64,000 bases of DNA from assembly GCF_009834535.1 (NCBI RefSeq), contig NC_045697.1:55120001-55184000 (forward strand), written 5' to 3'. The stretch comes from Camelus ferus (taxonomy: Eukaryota). Every line of letters begins with the position of its first letter. Position 1 is the stretch's first letter. Below, piece after piece: positions 49,990 to 63,990 of the stretch. The position numbers were made by a program, and so were the translations under genes. Under the pieces are notes generated by a model. That model was not told the origin of the DNA and did no database searches. It was given only the letters and a program-made list of their open reading frames with translations.

Positions 49990-51531
49990 TAGTCACCCAC
50001 ACAGTAGATCCCACTTTATCTTTTGGATAAAATGATATTGTCATCATGTCTAGAGATAACTTTAGCCTTTCTTCATAGAATGTAATTTGTTGAAAATGTA
50101 GCCCCCAATTGAGATGTTTCTGATTACAATGTACATGTTTCTATGTAATTTTGGTATCTGTCATTATTTCTGTGAGTTTACTCATAAAACAATTTCTTTA
50201 AAGTTTTCATTTCTTTTGAGTTGCTCAGTTGATTTTTATAGATTCTTAAGTATCAGAAAGATAAAATCCCAATTGCTTGCCTTTTTTGGGTTTGCTGAAA
50301 TTATTTTTATCAGCAATGTCATGGTATCCAATTGTGGCTCTGTGTTCACTGTTCCCAAAATAAAGTTCTCATCAATACAACCTTTTGCTATGCTATTATT
50401 GTTATGGAAAACAATCATTTAAAATATGTTATCCTTTCTGAGTCACATGGAACAATTTCCTATACATTACTGGCCAAGAAATGAAGAACAGAGAAGTTTT
50501 TGTCAGCTGAGAATTCCCTGTTATTATTCTCATTACTAATCTATGGTTAATGGGAAAATCTCTCTCTTTTAACACCTGCATTTATCTTTAATTTTCTTTC
50601 ACATATTTTCCCCTATAAAAATCATCGGTAAATTTTGGGGGAATTGTTTTTTTCCACAGAATGGTAATAAGTCCTCATGATCATAAAATGATTTAGAGTT
50701 CGTAAAAAGCTTTTCACAAACAAGATGTTAGTTGGTTCTGTGAGATTGGTTGAGAGTGTTACATTTTTGCATGAATGAACAAAAGACTAGGAAGTTAAGT
50801 GACTTCAGTAAATATTATTTTCCTTTTATGTTTAGGAAAATGAAAGAGGGAACTTACTGAGTAAGAGACATGGGGCAAAACTGAAGACCTAATGAGAGGC
50901 TATGCTGGGAAGACAACTCTATGATTACCATAGGAAAGATTGTTAAAGAGGGTTGAAATGAATGGTACTCTTTCAGTTATGTTGTAGAGGAAATAACACC
51001 CCAGAACATCATTTGTTTGTTCCTAGTTTATGATTTTACCTTCAATATTTTCCACTAAATGGGGCATATTGGTTTAATAAATGTGTTTCTTCAAAACAAT
51101 TTGCATTTTATGGAAGACCTTACCAATGATTAACTAGTGAATGAGAAAAATCATGGTTCACTGCTATTCAATTTATAGTGACAGAAAAGTAATACATTCA
51201 ATATAGTCAAGAAAAAATACAAAGAATAATATGAAAATACCAGTATTTCCACCATTATGAATTTAAAACCATTAAGTTTTTCATATTTACCTCCCCTTTT
51301 GTTAATAAATGTATAAAAGTATTTCAGATAAGGTTGAAATGACCAATAACACCATTCCCAGTCATATTTTTTGTTTCTTCTTCCCCCAACATAACTATGA
51401 TAAAAATTTTGGTATATGTGGATTAGTATAGTACATAGTATTATTTCTTTATATGTCTTAACATTTTGCATTTTTACATAAATAGTATCAGTATTGTGCA
51501 GAATATTCTGCAATACAGTTAGTTTTTTTTT

Positions 51532-52355
51532 TTCATTAAACGAATGTTTGTTGAATACATATTCTGTAACTTGTAACAGGCACCATTGGACATGAATGAA
51601 CAAGTACAAATTCCTGCTTTCCATGCCTTTATATTCTAGACGGATGGAGGAAGAGAAAAAATAAACAAATGAACATCTACTATGTCAAAAGGTGATAAAA
51701 AAATTGTGATGAAAAATAAAGCAGAGTTAGGGAGTAGAGTATATCAAGTGGAAGTACGATGGTGGTTTTGCTATTACAAATAAAATGGTCCTTTACTGAT
51801 GAGTTAAAATTTTATCAAAAATCTTGAGGTGGATGTAGACAAGGGATGTTTGGGTTTCAGGAAGATGAAATTTAAGATGTAAATAAAAATCCCTGAAGCA
51901 AGAACATGCAGAGAGTGATGTTAATTCTGAATAATTGGGGAGAAGGGGACAAGATAAGAAAGGAGATTTCATAGAGGTTGGATCTTGCCAAATAACTGTA
52001 TATTTATTACCCAACAGAACACTTTGAGAGTGAGAGGGAGCATTATTAATAACTGGGTTGGAACAACAAACATAAAACAGAACTCCCTTGAGCAAAGTGG
52101 GATTTATAATCACTCTACACTTTAAGGCTTTAACTCAAGTTGAGATGAAGAAAATGCTGGTTATTTTTAGAATTGTTATAACCAATCTCTAATTTAATGC
52201 GATCTTCCTAATTGTTGTGTTGAGAGGAGACTGAAAGAAAAAAAGACTAGTAGATGGTTTAAGAGGCTACTGCCATAAACCTGGCCAAGAACAATGATGG
52301 CTTGTTCTAGAGCGATAGTAAAGGGTGTGAGAGAAGTTGTTGGGTTCTGGATTTA
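51532..52355 (-). mobile_element. L2 fragment
   Basis: Reads ttcattaaacgaatgtttgttgaatacatattctgt...ttcctgctttccatgcctttatattctag...aagaggctactgcc...aatgatggcttg. Confidence 0.75.
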
Positions 52356-52386
52356 CTGACAGAGATTTTTCTGTTATTTTTTATTG

Positions 52387-52389
<3 letters not shown>

Positions 52390-52421
<32 letters not shown>
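52390..52421. repeat. (TG)16 microsatellite
   Basis: Read directly from the sequence. Confidence 0.98.
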
Positions 52422-52423
<2 letters not shown>

Positions 52424-52439
52424 CTGACTAGTCTTAATT

Positions 52440-53350
52440 CCAGGTAATAATTTTCTATGGAGTTCTGTAAATTTTGATTTCTATGTTTTTTTTTTTTAAT
52501 TTCTGGATACTAATTCTTTGTTGTTTACATGGTTAATTTTTTCTAAAAGTCTGTTCAAATATTCCAATTTTATTTAGAGTTCCTTCATTTGCTCAATATA
52601 TTTATGAAAATTAAACACAACTGAGTTTGTCAAATTAATAATTTACTCTAAGGTTATACTTTTTATGCTATTTGTATTGTTTCTGAGAAATTCCACCTGA
52701 ACTCAAGATCATATAAATCTATCTTATATTTTAATAGTTTTGCTTTCAAGTCTTAACTCTCTTAGGAATTTATTTTTGTCTGTAGTATATTCAGGTATCA
52801 TTAATCTATATTTGATCCATTTTTTTCTTATTAATCTATTTGTCTCTGTGTCAATAAAGCACTCTTTTAATTTCACAGTTTCATAATAAACCATAATATC
52901 TCTTAGGAAAATTTTTCCCACTTTATTTTTAGTTTTCAGAATTGTGTTGATAATTATTTGTGTCATGATTTACCTATATGCATTTTAGTATCAGTCTTTC
53001 AAATTCTGTAAAAAATTTCTTCTAGGACTTTTATTGACATTGAATGGAACCTTTAGATTTACTGTGGGAAAATTGGTATTCTTAAATACTTTATTACAGT
53101 CTGTCTATAAACATAGTATATATCTACTTATTCAAATCATCTTTTACATTTTTATTAACATTTTATAATTTTCTACATTTTTGTGTGTTTCTTATTAGGC
53201 TTCTTATATGTCTTTCAATTTTATTACTGTAGTACTTTTTTTTTTCCTACTACATTTCCTATCAGTTAATTTTTTGAGACTAGGGATGGTATTAACTTAT
53301 ATATTTTAGGATATTTAGAATTGTGCTGAATGGGACACTTTTGAAGGTTT
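52440..53350 (-). mobile_element. Degraded L1ME-type ORF2 fragment
   Basis: ORF 52724-52966 (TILKTKNKVGKIFLRDIMVYYETVKLK) resembles L1 ORF2 [26 protein letters not shown]. Confidence 0.7.
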
Positions 53351-53371
53351 TCCAGGTAAAATGCTAAAGCC

Positions 53372-53620
53372 TAGCATGCTGTAGTGGTTACGAATGTGAA
53401 CACTGGAGCCAAATCACTGGTGTTCCCAGATCTTCACTCTGCCACATACTAGTTCTCAGGCCTTGGGAAAGTTTTTAGTTACTTAACCATATTCTATGCC
53501 TCAGTTTCTTCATCTATGTGTAAATGGGGTTTATAGAGTTATTTTGAGAAGTAAATGTATTAATATATACAAAGTTTGTAGAAAATTGCCTTCCACTTAA
53601 ATGTCATATAAGTAATAGCT
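53372..53620 (+). mobile_element. MIR SINE, near full length
   Basis: Reads gtagtggttacgaatgtgaacactggagcca...ctctgccacatactag...ccttgggaaagt...tgcctcagtttcttcatctat...aaagtttgtagaaaattgcct. Confidence 0.85.
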
Positions 53621-53959
53621 ATTATAATAGTTATAATTATTAATTTTTCATGGGTTGTCAAAGATTATAAATGCAAGCATTTGCTTTGTCTTCTTTAGAA
53701 AATATAAACTCTTTCTTCTGTGTAATGATAGAGATGTTGGAAAAGTCACAACATGTAAATCTGTTTTAAATGGTCATGGATGATGAAATATAGGCATTAA
53801 GAAAGTCACCTGAAAACAGTGAATACATCTTTCAAAGACCATTTAAAACCACTGGTGTATTTAACTCCATGGAAATTACAGTACCTATTATTTGTACCCT
53901 CAATCAGGTAATTTATAATCATATGTTACCTTTGATCTTTATACCCTCTACATAATAAT

Positions 53960-54600
53960 CCAATCAATATTGTGTTTATTCTTCCTTAAAATGTCTCCTT
54001 AACATCTTCCCTTCTCCACCATTCCCACCACCACTTGGCTTTTATTATCTTTTGCATGGATAATTGCAAGAGCTTCTTATCTCTCTGACTCTATCTCTTT
54101 ATCTACTAAATTTAGGCATATAACTAGACTTTTAAATCATGCAGTCAAGATTGTACTCACTATTTCTTATAATTCCTATCATACTATTATTGTTACATAT
54201 CTACATTATAGATTTGGTCATGTCCCTGATAATATGAGAAAACTTTGATGAGATTCCACTTCTTCCCGGTCAAACTCCAAACCTTCTGGCACCATCCTAT
54301 TCATACAGTCTCATTTCATGATCTCCCAGTCCCCTTACTTCTCAATACTGTTCTCTCCTTTCCTAAGAAACTCTGAAGTTTCATGTATCCATAACTTTGA
54401 CCATGAAATTTTATCTGGGGTGACTCATCTCTCACTTTTTCACCACCATTCAAGGACATTTTACCACCTAAATTGCTCAACAAGGATAAGTTAACTTATC
54501 TTTTGGGATTTAGTTTATATTTAATTTCCTGTCAACTTTTTCCTTCCCTTGTCATAATTATTCAGGTCTTCCCCTGTATTCAGTAATCTTCCTCACATTA
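53960..54600 (+). mobile_element. L2 fragment, degraded
   Basis: Pyrimidine-rich, with tggataattgcaagagcttctta, tagatttggtcatgtc and tcaaactccaaacctt. Confidence 0.55.
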
Positions 54601-57600
54601 TATATATAGAATAAATATGTTTATATTATTTTTCCATAGAAACCCAGAGTCACCAGTCACTATGTAGGCTGTTTATTTCAGACTAATATTTTATAAATAC
54701 TTATAAGATTAATATTTTATAAATAGTAAAATATGTTATTAATATTTTAAATCATTGATGTATGACCTAAATGTCCAACATAAAATAATTCATTGAAATC
54801 TTTTTCAGAGCATTTGGTTATTTAACAAATGTATAGGGCTGAGTCTAGAACCAAAGCCAGATTTTTGTTTAATAACATATAAATAAAAACAGACTATAAT
54901 CTTATCAAAATACAAAGTTTATCTGGTAATTTTGTCTTTCTTGGATGCTCAAACTGTTGTCCCATTATTGCCATTTTTAGTCTTACTATGATTGTTTATG
55001 TTGTGTCAAACCTTTCCTTGAGACATCAGTGTGCTTCGAACATTTTGAAAATAGTAAACAGTATATTTCAGAATTGCAAGAAAATTTCAAGGCATATTTT
55101 CTCAACTAATACCTCTTTTCATATTCCTTTGTTTCAATTTCCTCAGTATTGCTAAAATGTAGGGTCATGTCTATTGAATAACTGCTGAATTTGCTCTTCC
55201 ATTTGAGCAAATCTACAATTGATCCACATGCCCCTTTATTTTGAAGACACATCTTGTTAAAATTGAACAAATAAAAAAAAAATAAATAAACAGACCTGAA
55301 ATTTTGGTTCCAAATCTGATTTACTGTGATAAGTCTAGCTCCAACCTGAATCTAATCCTGGTAATAGGGTTAATGGTAGCCCATGAGAACTTAACATTAG
55401 AAATAAGACTATAACAATCAGGTTTCCCAGTCAGAGTTTCTCTGTCATCTGCTTTCATTGCTTACGTGTCCATTCAGTGTCTAAACACATCAATTGTATG
55501 CAGGCACCCTATGAGAAGAGGGAAATTTCTTTTTGAGTAAAAAATTCTCAAAGGTCTAGTGAGCAAGCCAGCAAAATTAGAGACATCAAACTCTTGTAGA
55601 TCATTCCAGCTTGAATTATTGCCTCTCCTTCATAAATAGCTCTTATTTTTAAAAAAATTCTGTGATTTCTTCAAAAAATGTGTCTTATTTAAATGTTACC
55701 CAGAATAGGATTTTAAGAACTCAAAGTTTCTTCTTTTTTGGGCTATATCTATTGCACTGTTTAAATTAGTTTTAAGGTAGCATATTTATTGGAGTTTGAG
55801 ATCAGTACAAAAATATTCCTTTATTCTTCACATAAGTTCTTAACAAATTGATAGATGAATAAAAGACAGATAGGTGGGGGGTAAGGGGGTAGTTTTATTG
55901 CTTTAGAAATGTTGAAGAACTGGTTTATGTGAGACCAAAATGTACTTCGTAGTGCTGAACCATGTAAATAGACAGACTGATCCAAGGCAGTGCTGAATAG
56001 CTTCCAGACCGCCCAGGCAGGAGCAAAGCCTTGTCCACTGAATATTTCCTGTAGCTTGGGGCACATCAGGGAAAATACTCTCCACAGGCAGGCAGATACT
56101 CAAGAGATAAAAGGAGGAGTCAGGTTAAGCTTGGCACTCCTGGAGTCTATTCTCAAATTTGCCAGAGCGACAATGTATTTATTCCTTTGGAAGGACTAAA
56201 TTATGGGCTGGAGAAATGACTAGAGAGTTATACTAATTGATGTTCCTCCAAGCTAAGATGTACAGTCAGGAGAAAGGAGATTCACTCCAACAACATTTAT
56301 CTCATTCAGTTTGTAATGTGAATTGCAGGGAGTAAAACCTCCTGAATTAGATGGGCCAGATTTTACTGCTGAGGCTATTAAGGTGGGCTTTGTTTCCTGG
56401 TACTTGCCTTCCAAACATGGTCTACTCAGGGCTGATCATCAAAATAAAAAACAGACTCACTAATCCAACTATTCCTTGTAACTAGCAGATTCCCTGAGAA
56501 AATTGATCTTAAATTCTACCTTAGTCATAATTTGATCAAATATCATTTTCTTGTTAGCATTAAAGAATGATAGCATTAGCTTTATGCATTTAAATGGCTC
56601 ACCGAAGTATGGCATTTAGAGCATTATCCTACTGAATTCTTGTTCCCAATAGTTTCAGTGTCTAAGGAGTTAGAGTTTTACCTGAACAATTTACAACCAT
56701 GAATATTAAAATGAAGATTTTCCAATATCTGTATTCAGCTTTTATTAAACTGATTTCACTCAGATCCCATGATTTCCTCAGCAGCTATGCTCTCTGAACC
56801 TCCACTTATGTCTCTCAATAGACAGATAAATGCTAGATGCTAGACAGATAGATGTGGTGGATATTCTAGTCATGTGTAGATGTTTTACTATATATGCTTT
56901 GGGAGATTTTTTAAGGAAGAGCCTAAAAGAGAACAGTGCTACTAAATAGCCTGTAATTGCATCTTTCTTAAAGAACAAGTAAAATAAACACTGCCCTTCT
57001 AGTCGGGCTAACTTTTCATACAAATGTGAATTAAGTGGGAGAAAAAATACAGTATGAACAGAGTAGCTGCATAAAATCTCCTCCAAGTGTCTGCTCCTTT
57101 AATGGCGTGTTGTGCTGTGGTACTTGACACCTTCTAGGCACACCTTTCACGACTTTCTGTTAGCAACTCACTGGCGAAGGTATCCCTGTGAAAATAATCA
57201 CTGATATAAATTCCTTAAACATTGTTTAGATGAGAAAGATTTTAAGTGCATTAGGGTGGGGGATAAATGAATCATAAAAGACATGTAGGTTCGACCATCT
57301 TTTCAAAAGGAAAGAGATTAAATGTGATTGGCTCTCCTGTTTGCTGGGCTCAGCATTGTGAAATATGTTGAAAACTCCACACATCTAGATTTTGACAAAT
57401 GAGATCTATTTGTTTTTTTATATTATAGATTTCAAACTTTGTTTCGCATTTGTTGCTTTTCTTTCCTGTTTGCTTACTATTGCTTCAAGATGATACACAT
57501 AACTTTAAAAGCAGTGGAGGTTAAATCTTTTCTGGATGCTGAGATTCAGCATGGTTTTAAGACCATGGAGTTTTTTTAAAGTATTCTTCTTTTCTTAGAA

Positions 57601-60179
57601 AGTAATTGCCCCATTAGTACCCAGATTATTATTCTAAATCCAATTTATGAGAATGTTACCATATGCAAGTTATAATATTCTGCAACACATTAAATAATAC
57701 TTCTTAATATGACTTATAAATTGCTTAAATATCTTTGCACATTATACAATCTCACTGTGGAATCATCCACTAACAAATACTAGTTCAAATATAGTTGGAG
57801 TTGCATAGAAAGTGAATAATGCAGCATCTCAATTTATAGTTTTAACTAGAATCTGATTTTCCCTTTTCTAAAGGCCCATTATTCAAGCTTATTGCCTGGT
57901 AATGTTTTTATCTTCGTTGTTGTTCTTTTTCCCCCCTTGAGAAAATCATTTATAGTGACATAGAAACACTTACTAATGGCTTTTAATCTTATGGATCGTA
58001 TGGCTTTCAGTTTCTAGTGAAACTTAAAGCTTTATGTAAAATGAAGTGGATGCTTTTTAAAAAATTCATGTGGTCTCACTTTCAATAATTACCCTTTTAA
58101 GTGGGTTGCAGTAATTGAAAACAAATTCAGTATGTTTATTACCCTCTTATTTTAAATCTCTTCTACCACATTCTAACACATATTTATATAAACAAAAGTA
58201 TGGGTGGAAGAGAAAATTTGAATTGCTATCACAGAAGTCCTCTTTAACCCAATTTTAAAAGATCAACAGGAAAAATTAAAATATTTAGGGAAAACTGATC
58301 CACTTGAGTCAGGTCCAATGAACTATTGGTATCTTGTAAAGAAAGAACTTCCTCTAGAAAATATTTATATAAAATTCTATTAAAAATTGTTGAGGTTTAC
58401 TAATTTGATTTTTAGTAATTTTTTAGTTAAGAAATTTTAGTTATTTCTAGTTATAGGAAATACCTGGTAAATTTTAAAAGAATTATAGCATTTTTTCTAC
58501 TATCCTTCCTTTGTTACTCAGTTTCTGTTGTTACTAAGATTTCCGTGTGATGGCATTTATAAGGAAAGGTTCTACCATTCTGTATTTACTAGAGGAATTC
58601 AAAAGAAAACAACAGAAATCAATTTTTCTTAGGGAGTAGAATTTTTTCCCTTTATTCTTTAATGGCACTTTTTACAGGCAAGCTGCTCACACCCTTTGTA
58701 CTTAAAAAACAAAATTATTTGGATCAAAGTAGACCCCTCATGGTTTTTCTAATTCTACAGAACACGAATGCAGACTTCACAAATTGCTGAGCCCTACTTA
58801 AGTCAAACATCTGTGAAGGTCAAGCAGTAAGCTATTTAAATCTCAGTCCTTAGTTTCATTGTGTCTCTGAGGCACCTGGAAAATGTGGGATTTTAATGAT
58901 AGTATCTCTTCATCCAGATTTCAGTGTAATGGATTAGGTTGGAATTTCTAAATTGGTTCTAGGTGAACATTTCTGAAATGGTCCTTCATTTTGTAGAAAG
59001 TGCCTGGTGTTTGTATTATACTTGATTGTAAAAGAATTCCAATAGTGTCACATCAACTGTGTGTAAATAAAAAGAAAGTAAAGTGACAAGTTAATAGCTC
59101 TGGGTGGATTCAGTCAAAGAACTTGTGAGGTGGCTTAGAGAACCACTTAAATTATTAATAAAAAATCTAGACTAGAGGTGATACATATGAACTAAACTCT
59201 GGAAGACAAAAGAAGCAGAGGAAAGCCAGAAGGCAGTCTGCTAGGTGAAAGCTAACCATTTACCTCTCAATTGATGTTACAAATTACATGATCACGTTTA
59301 TTTGATGACTGCATGGTTCTGACACATCTGTGTGGAGATCAGGTTTCTAATCTATGCCAAGTAAATCAGAATAGGTATTTAACAGGGGAATTGTTATATG
59401 CTTTACCAATTTTGCCTTTTGGGACTCTTTAATGGAAGGGCAAGTTTGAAACATTATTTTTAATTCAGTTTATTTTGCCCCTAAATCAAATCCAAAAGTA
59501 AGGGCACTTTGGCTTTAATTTCCTAAATTTATATTATCAAGTATCTTTTTGTATCAGAGGCATGATAAAAACAGATAGATGAACTAACACCCTTTGACAT
59601 TTTTTTTTTGTTCTATGGTTTGGATTCTAGCAGATGTTTGAATGGACAACACTGATTAGTATTCACTGTTAATAATTTGTTTTTAAATTACTGAGTAATA
59701 GGACTTTTTATTGAGTGGAGGCGATACTGGGAAATTGAAGGTAGTCAATAACAGGGTTCCAACAAACAGTAATATCAGTAAAAAATTCTATATCATCAAA
59801 GTAATAAAGCAATATGTAAGTTTAAAATTTTCTCTAAATCTCTAACAATGTAGGTGTAATTTATTCTATGATTTTTTTAATGCTATGATTCTGAATCTTT
59901 ATATCATTTATGATTTAGATAACAAATCATGTCGTATATGTTTGTGTGTGTTTAATTCATTATTTAGTTGCATGCATATTTTATTTTCCCAAATATATTG
60001 TAAAATCCTTGCCCACAACAACTGTCTATTTGCTTCTTCATGTACTTCTATTTCCTGGTATAATACTGAGCATTAAAGTAGAAAAGTAAGTAGTTGTTAA
60101 TGTATCATTCATCAAGTTTTTTTAAAATGCTCAGTATTTACTTTACTTATTAAAGACTACGCTGAACCTATCTGACAAA

Positions 60180-60440
60180 CCTTAAAAGCCTCAAAAGGCT
60201 CAAATTATTTCTGAGAAATGTAAATGAATCTTAGAATGAGGCTGAAGAATGAAAAGAAAGAATATAAAATTTTCTCAAGGCAAAATTCATAGTGTGTAAT
60301 ATCAAATATAAGATTATCAGTCATGCAAGAAGCACAAAAATATGATCCATAATGAGGAGGAAAATTAGTCAAAAGAAACAGATCCAGAAATGACACTGAT
60401 ATAATAAGTAGCCAAGGATCTTAAAACAGTTATTCTGTTA
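60180..60440 (+). mobile_element. Ancient L1 5'/ORF1-start fragment
   Basis: Reads cagtcatgcaagaagcacaaaaatatgatccataatgaggag...aagaaacagatccagaaatgacac...ttaaaacagttatt. Confidence 0.7.
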
Positions 60441-60464
60441 CTATTAAATGTAGGCATATACTTT

Positions 60465-61200
60465 AAACATCTTGGGTTCAACTGTTATTATGTTGGAAAC
60501 CTTAGGCAAATTTCTCAACCTTTTTATAGTTTAGTTTTCCTCATTTGTAAAATGGAGATAATAATATTTCCTATTGTTACCCAAAAGGGAAACAGGAAAA
60601 AAAAAAGGTTCTTGTCTTATGTGAAAGATAATATTTACCGATGGGAGATAGGAAATGTTGTGTAACAAAAAGATTTTAAAAGATTTATTTTGGAAAAGAA
60701 GAGTACGTCTCCAAGAGCGAGAGATGGGCTGATTCAAGGAGGAATCATGGTGGTCTTTGTCTCACTTTTCTCTTATACCCTCGCTTAGAGGTGGTCTCCT
60801 GATCGATTGAGGGCTCCTGTCCCTAGAATGCTTAGTGATGTTTGGGTCCTTTGCTCATGTCCTTACCCATGGTGTATACAGAAAAATCCCTGGGGGCCCT
60901 AAACCACAATATTAATTATAATACAATGAGCATTGGATTGTGTCCCACTAAGTCCTTTTTGCTACCTGGTAGTCATGGCTGTGGGGTTTTAACCAGTTTC
61001 TTGCTGACACTCATTTAGAAGTCAAGTCCATTTATACTGGAGGTGAGCTTAACGCCATCTTCTGGACCATCCTTCCTCTCCTTCACCTACCTGCCTGGTG
61101 CCCCACTTATCTAACTACCTAACACTACCTCTTAGGGCTATTAAAGGGAATAAAGAAGAATATATATAAATCTCATAAAACATGTTTCACATATAACTAA
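60465..61200 (+). mobile_element. MIR SINE split by an LTR
   Basis: ccttaggcaaatttctcaacc...ttagttttcctcatttgtaaaatggagataataata lies before the LTR; ctacctcttagggctatt...aataaagaagaatatatataaa follows it. Confidence 0.8.
60575..61124 (-). mobile_element. ERV1-class solo LTR
   Basis: Termini tgttac...cctaaca; flanks ctat/ctac; AATAAA on the minus strand at ~60685; cleanly interrupts a MIR. Confidence 0.87.
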
Positions 61201-61949
61201 AAAACCCCATTAAATTTTAACTATATTTGTGGTCTCAAGAAACTCAGGTTATCAAAGAAGATTGCAGGAGCCTCAATGTGGCATTTCTGCAAAGTTATGA
61301 ATAAATGACATTTTGAAATCATTCCTTTTGGGATAATTTTCCCCAAATTATCTTGTTTGGGTGATCTCATACTGCTTGTAAACATAACATTTTTTTTTCT
61401 CCACTGCTTTTTATTAAATTGGCACAATTGATAATAAAGAAATAAGATCCTTATTGTTGTCTAGGTTAGTTCTTCAGTATTCAGGAGAACCCAAATCTGG
61501 ATTGACTTGAAAATTAAGCTTTTAATGATATAGAAAGGGATTAATCACAGTTGTCTTTAATGATGACTTTTTTTTCCCCTCTAATGGTCTTTAAGAAACA
61601 AGTTTCAAAATTTAGTAGCATCAGATCCTTTAATTGGTAACCTACTGCCTGATACTTGGAAAAATTGGTGTAAATATTAAACAGAATGCAGAGCTGAAAG
61701 AATCTCAAACTCAGAGCTCAATCATTTTGATGGTTGTTATAAATGCTTAAAATAATATTGAGATACTGAGTTATTGAATAATGAGCTATTTAATATCAAA
61801 TTATTCACTGAATTGCTACTATATCAGTAAACGCTATATCAGTACTTTTCTAAGGAGTGCTTTTGTAAGGTCTTTCTAGTCATCGTTTCTTTCTTTTGTC
61901 CTTAACCTGGTGGTGGTTTGATCCTGTCCAAACTACCAATCTTTCAGGT

Positions 61950-62185
61950 CCAATTCAGCTTTATCTTCTCAACCAAGTCATCACTAATGATGAGGCCCTC
62001 CTGTGAACTGCCAGTACTTACTGCCTCAACCTGTCATTTTGAAATAATTATATACAGTTATCTGTTGCCTTTTCTAATATTTAAATTTTGAAATGCACGT
62101 TCTGACTCTGTGCATGAATTCAGTTCTGTAAAGGCAAGTTCCTTTTATTAGCATAGTACTCAGTGTTCAAAGTGTTGAATTAATA
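61950..62185 (+). mobile_element. L2 3' fragment
   Basis: Reads gttctgtaaaggcaag...agcatagtactcagtgttcaaagtgttgaattaat. Confidence 0.45.
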
Positions 62186-62970
62186 ATTAATATCATTTTC
62201 AGTGATGGTCTCTTGGACAAATTCAACTCTGAAAGCACTTCACAAAATGCACTGAAATACATATTCACTCTTACAGCGTCTCTTGGACATCCTAAAAAAT
62301 GTAATAAATTCTGCTTTGAGAACATTTGATTAGATATCCTAAAATATATACATTCTCCTTTGTTCTTCTGAGTGGCTAAAATTATAATGCACTTTACTTC
62401 TCCATGACCAATAAAACCTTCATGTGATAGATACCATGCCAATCTTTTCCAATTTTGAATGCTATTTGCAATTTGGATAATTGCATGCCCTTGGGAAAGT
62501 ACTTGATCAGATGTCTAACTAAATTTCTTGTAAAAGTTAAATGTTTCACAAGAAGAGAGAGACTATGCCTCCAACTCTTTGAGGATTTGTGTTTGGCATG
62601 CCCTTTGCAAGTCCCTCACTCAGAAGGAATATATATGAGATGGATCTCTGCCTTTACCAGACTCCAAAACTTTTAATCCATAAAATACAAAATAAAGTTT
62701 GTCCATATGAGAGAGACACTGTAGATTCTGGGGTAGATGAGGTGGACTCCTGGTTATAAGCATTTCAGAGTACACATTTTCGCTCTATCACTTTTTCGCC
62801 TAAGAAACATGTCAATCCACGGAGTTAGGTGGATGCATTAAAGAGAATGACAGGGGGTTTATTTAAATTCATTTAAAAAGTTATTTTCAAATTTTGGTAT
62901 CTGAATTCTTATCGGTTATATGTTAGTGCTGCACATCTCACAAATGATCATGACATGTGGTGCTAGCAGG

Positions 62971-63410
62971 TGTTGCCAGAGAATAGGTTCTTACCTCATG
63001 GGTGCAGGAAAGAATTCAAGAGCGAGGCATATGCAAGTGAAAGCAGGTTTATTTAGAGAGATACACACTCCATAGACAGAGGGTGGGCATCTCTGGAGGC
63101 AAGAAAGTGTGACCACGAGGTGCAGGATTGTTAGTTTTTATGGGTTTGGTAATTACATATGCTAATAAGTAGGAGGATTTATCCAACTATTTTGGGGAAG
63201 GGGTGGGGATTCCAGGAATTGGGCCTCGCCTACTTTTTGACCTTTTATAGTCAGCCTAGGAACTGTCATGGTTCCTGTGGGTGTGCCCTGAGGCTCAAGG
63301 TCTACTGAAAGTCGAATCTTCCACCATCTTGGTTCTAACCAGTTTGTCCTTCCTCAATTGCTGTGTCATTCCTTCAATGGTTATACCCTGCCCTATTCCC
63401 TCCTGTCTCA
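62971..63410 (-). mobile_element. ERV1-class solo LTR, same family as 17403-17886
   Basis: Runs tgttgccag...cctgtctca; perfect TSD cagg at 62967-62970 and 63411-63414. Confidence 0.93.
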
Positions 63411-63539
63411 CAGGGTCTTTGAGAATCCCTGCTCTAGGCTACCACTAGATAAAGATTAGAGGGACTATGCACCAAAGAATCTAGGTGATTAAGTGTTAGA
63501 GACTGATGACTACACTATAATTATGAATCCAGTGTACTC

Positions 63540-63990
63540 TGTGGCCAAGAACTGATAACAGATGCTCTGGGTTTCCAAACTATATCCCTTTGGCACTCAC
63601 TGCCTTGTTAATATAAATACCTTCAGGTTTTACTCTAAAGTCTTTTTCTGACTACAGAGGCCTGAGGCAGAGCAGGCCAGAAATGCTAGGGAATTAACTA
63701 CCAATGACCCTTACCTACCAACAGCCCACAAATGACAAATGAGAAGTGGTGAATAAATGCCCCATCTCACCCTCTCTTCCCCTTGTAAAACTCGGGGGCA
63801 TGTTTCTTACCCTCTTCCAAAAGTGCTGAACCAGATCAGATTCTAGTTGCCTACAGTGTTAACCTGTGTATGAGAAACCTTATACTGGTTTATCCCTTCC
63901 CTTTCTTGCCTCACTGCCCCCACACCCCTGGGATTATCACCCCTATAAACTACTTGCATGTAAATCTGAATTTCAGAGGCAAAGTTCTCA
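63540..63990 (+). mobile_element. ERVL LTR (LTR16-like)
   Basis: Contains ggccagaaatgctagggaattaac, gtgaataaatgcccca, agttgcctacagtgttaac and ctgggattatcacccctataaactacttgca. Confidence 0.75.

Noticed and set aside
51151..51624. 157-aa minus-strand ORF
   Set aside because: It is an AT-rich chance frame across degraded L1 3' UTR and L2 sequence.
54680..54730. ~27-bp AT-rich tandem duplication; another lies at ~45470-45515
   Set aside because: These are ordinary slippage duplications with no sign of function.
17403..63410. Paired LTRs of one giant provirus or composite transposon
   Set aside because: The copies are in opposite orientations, have different TSDs, and have no matching internal region.
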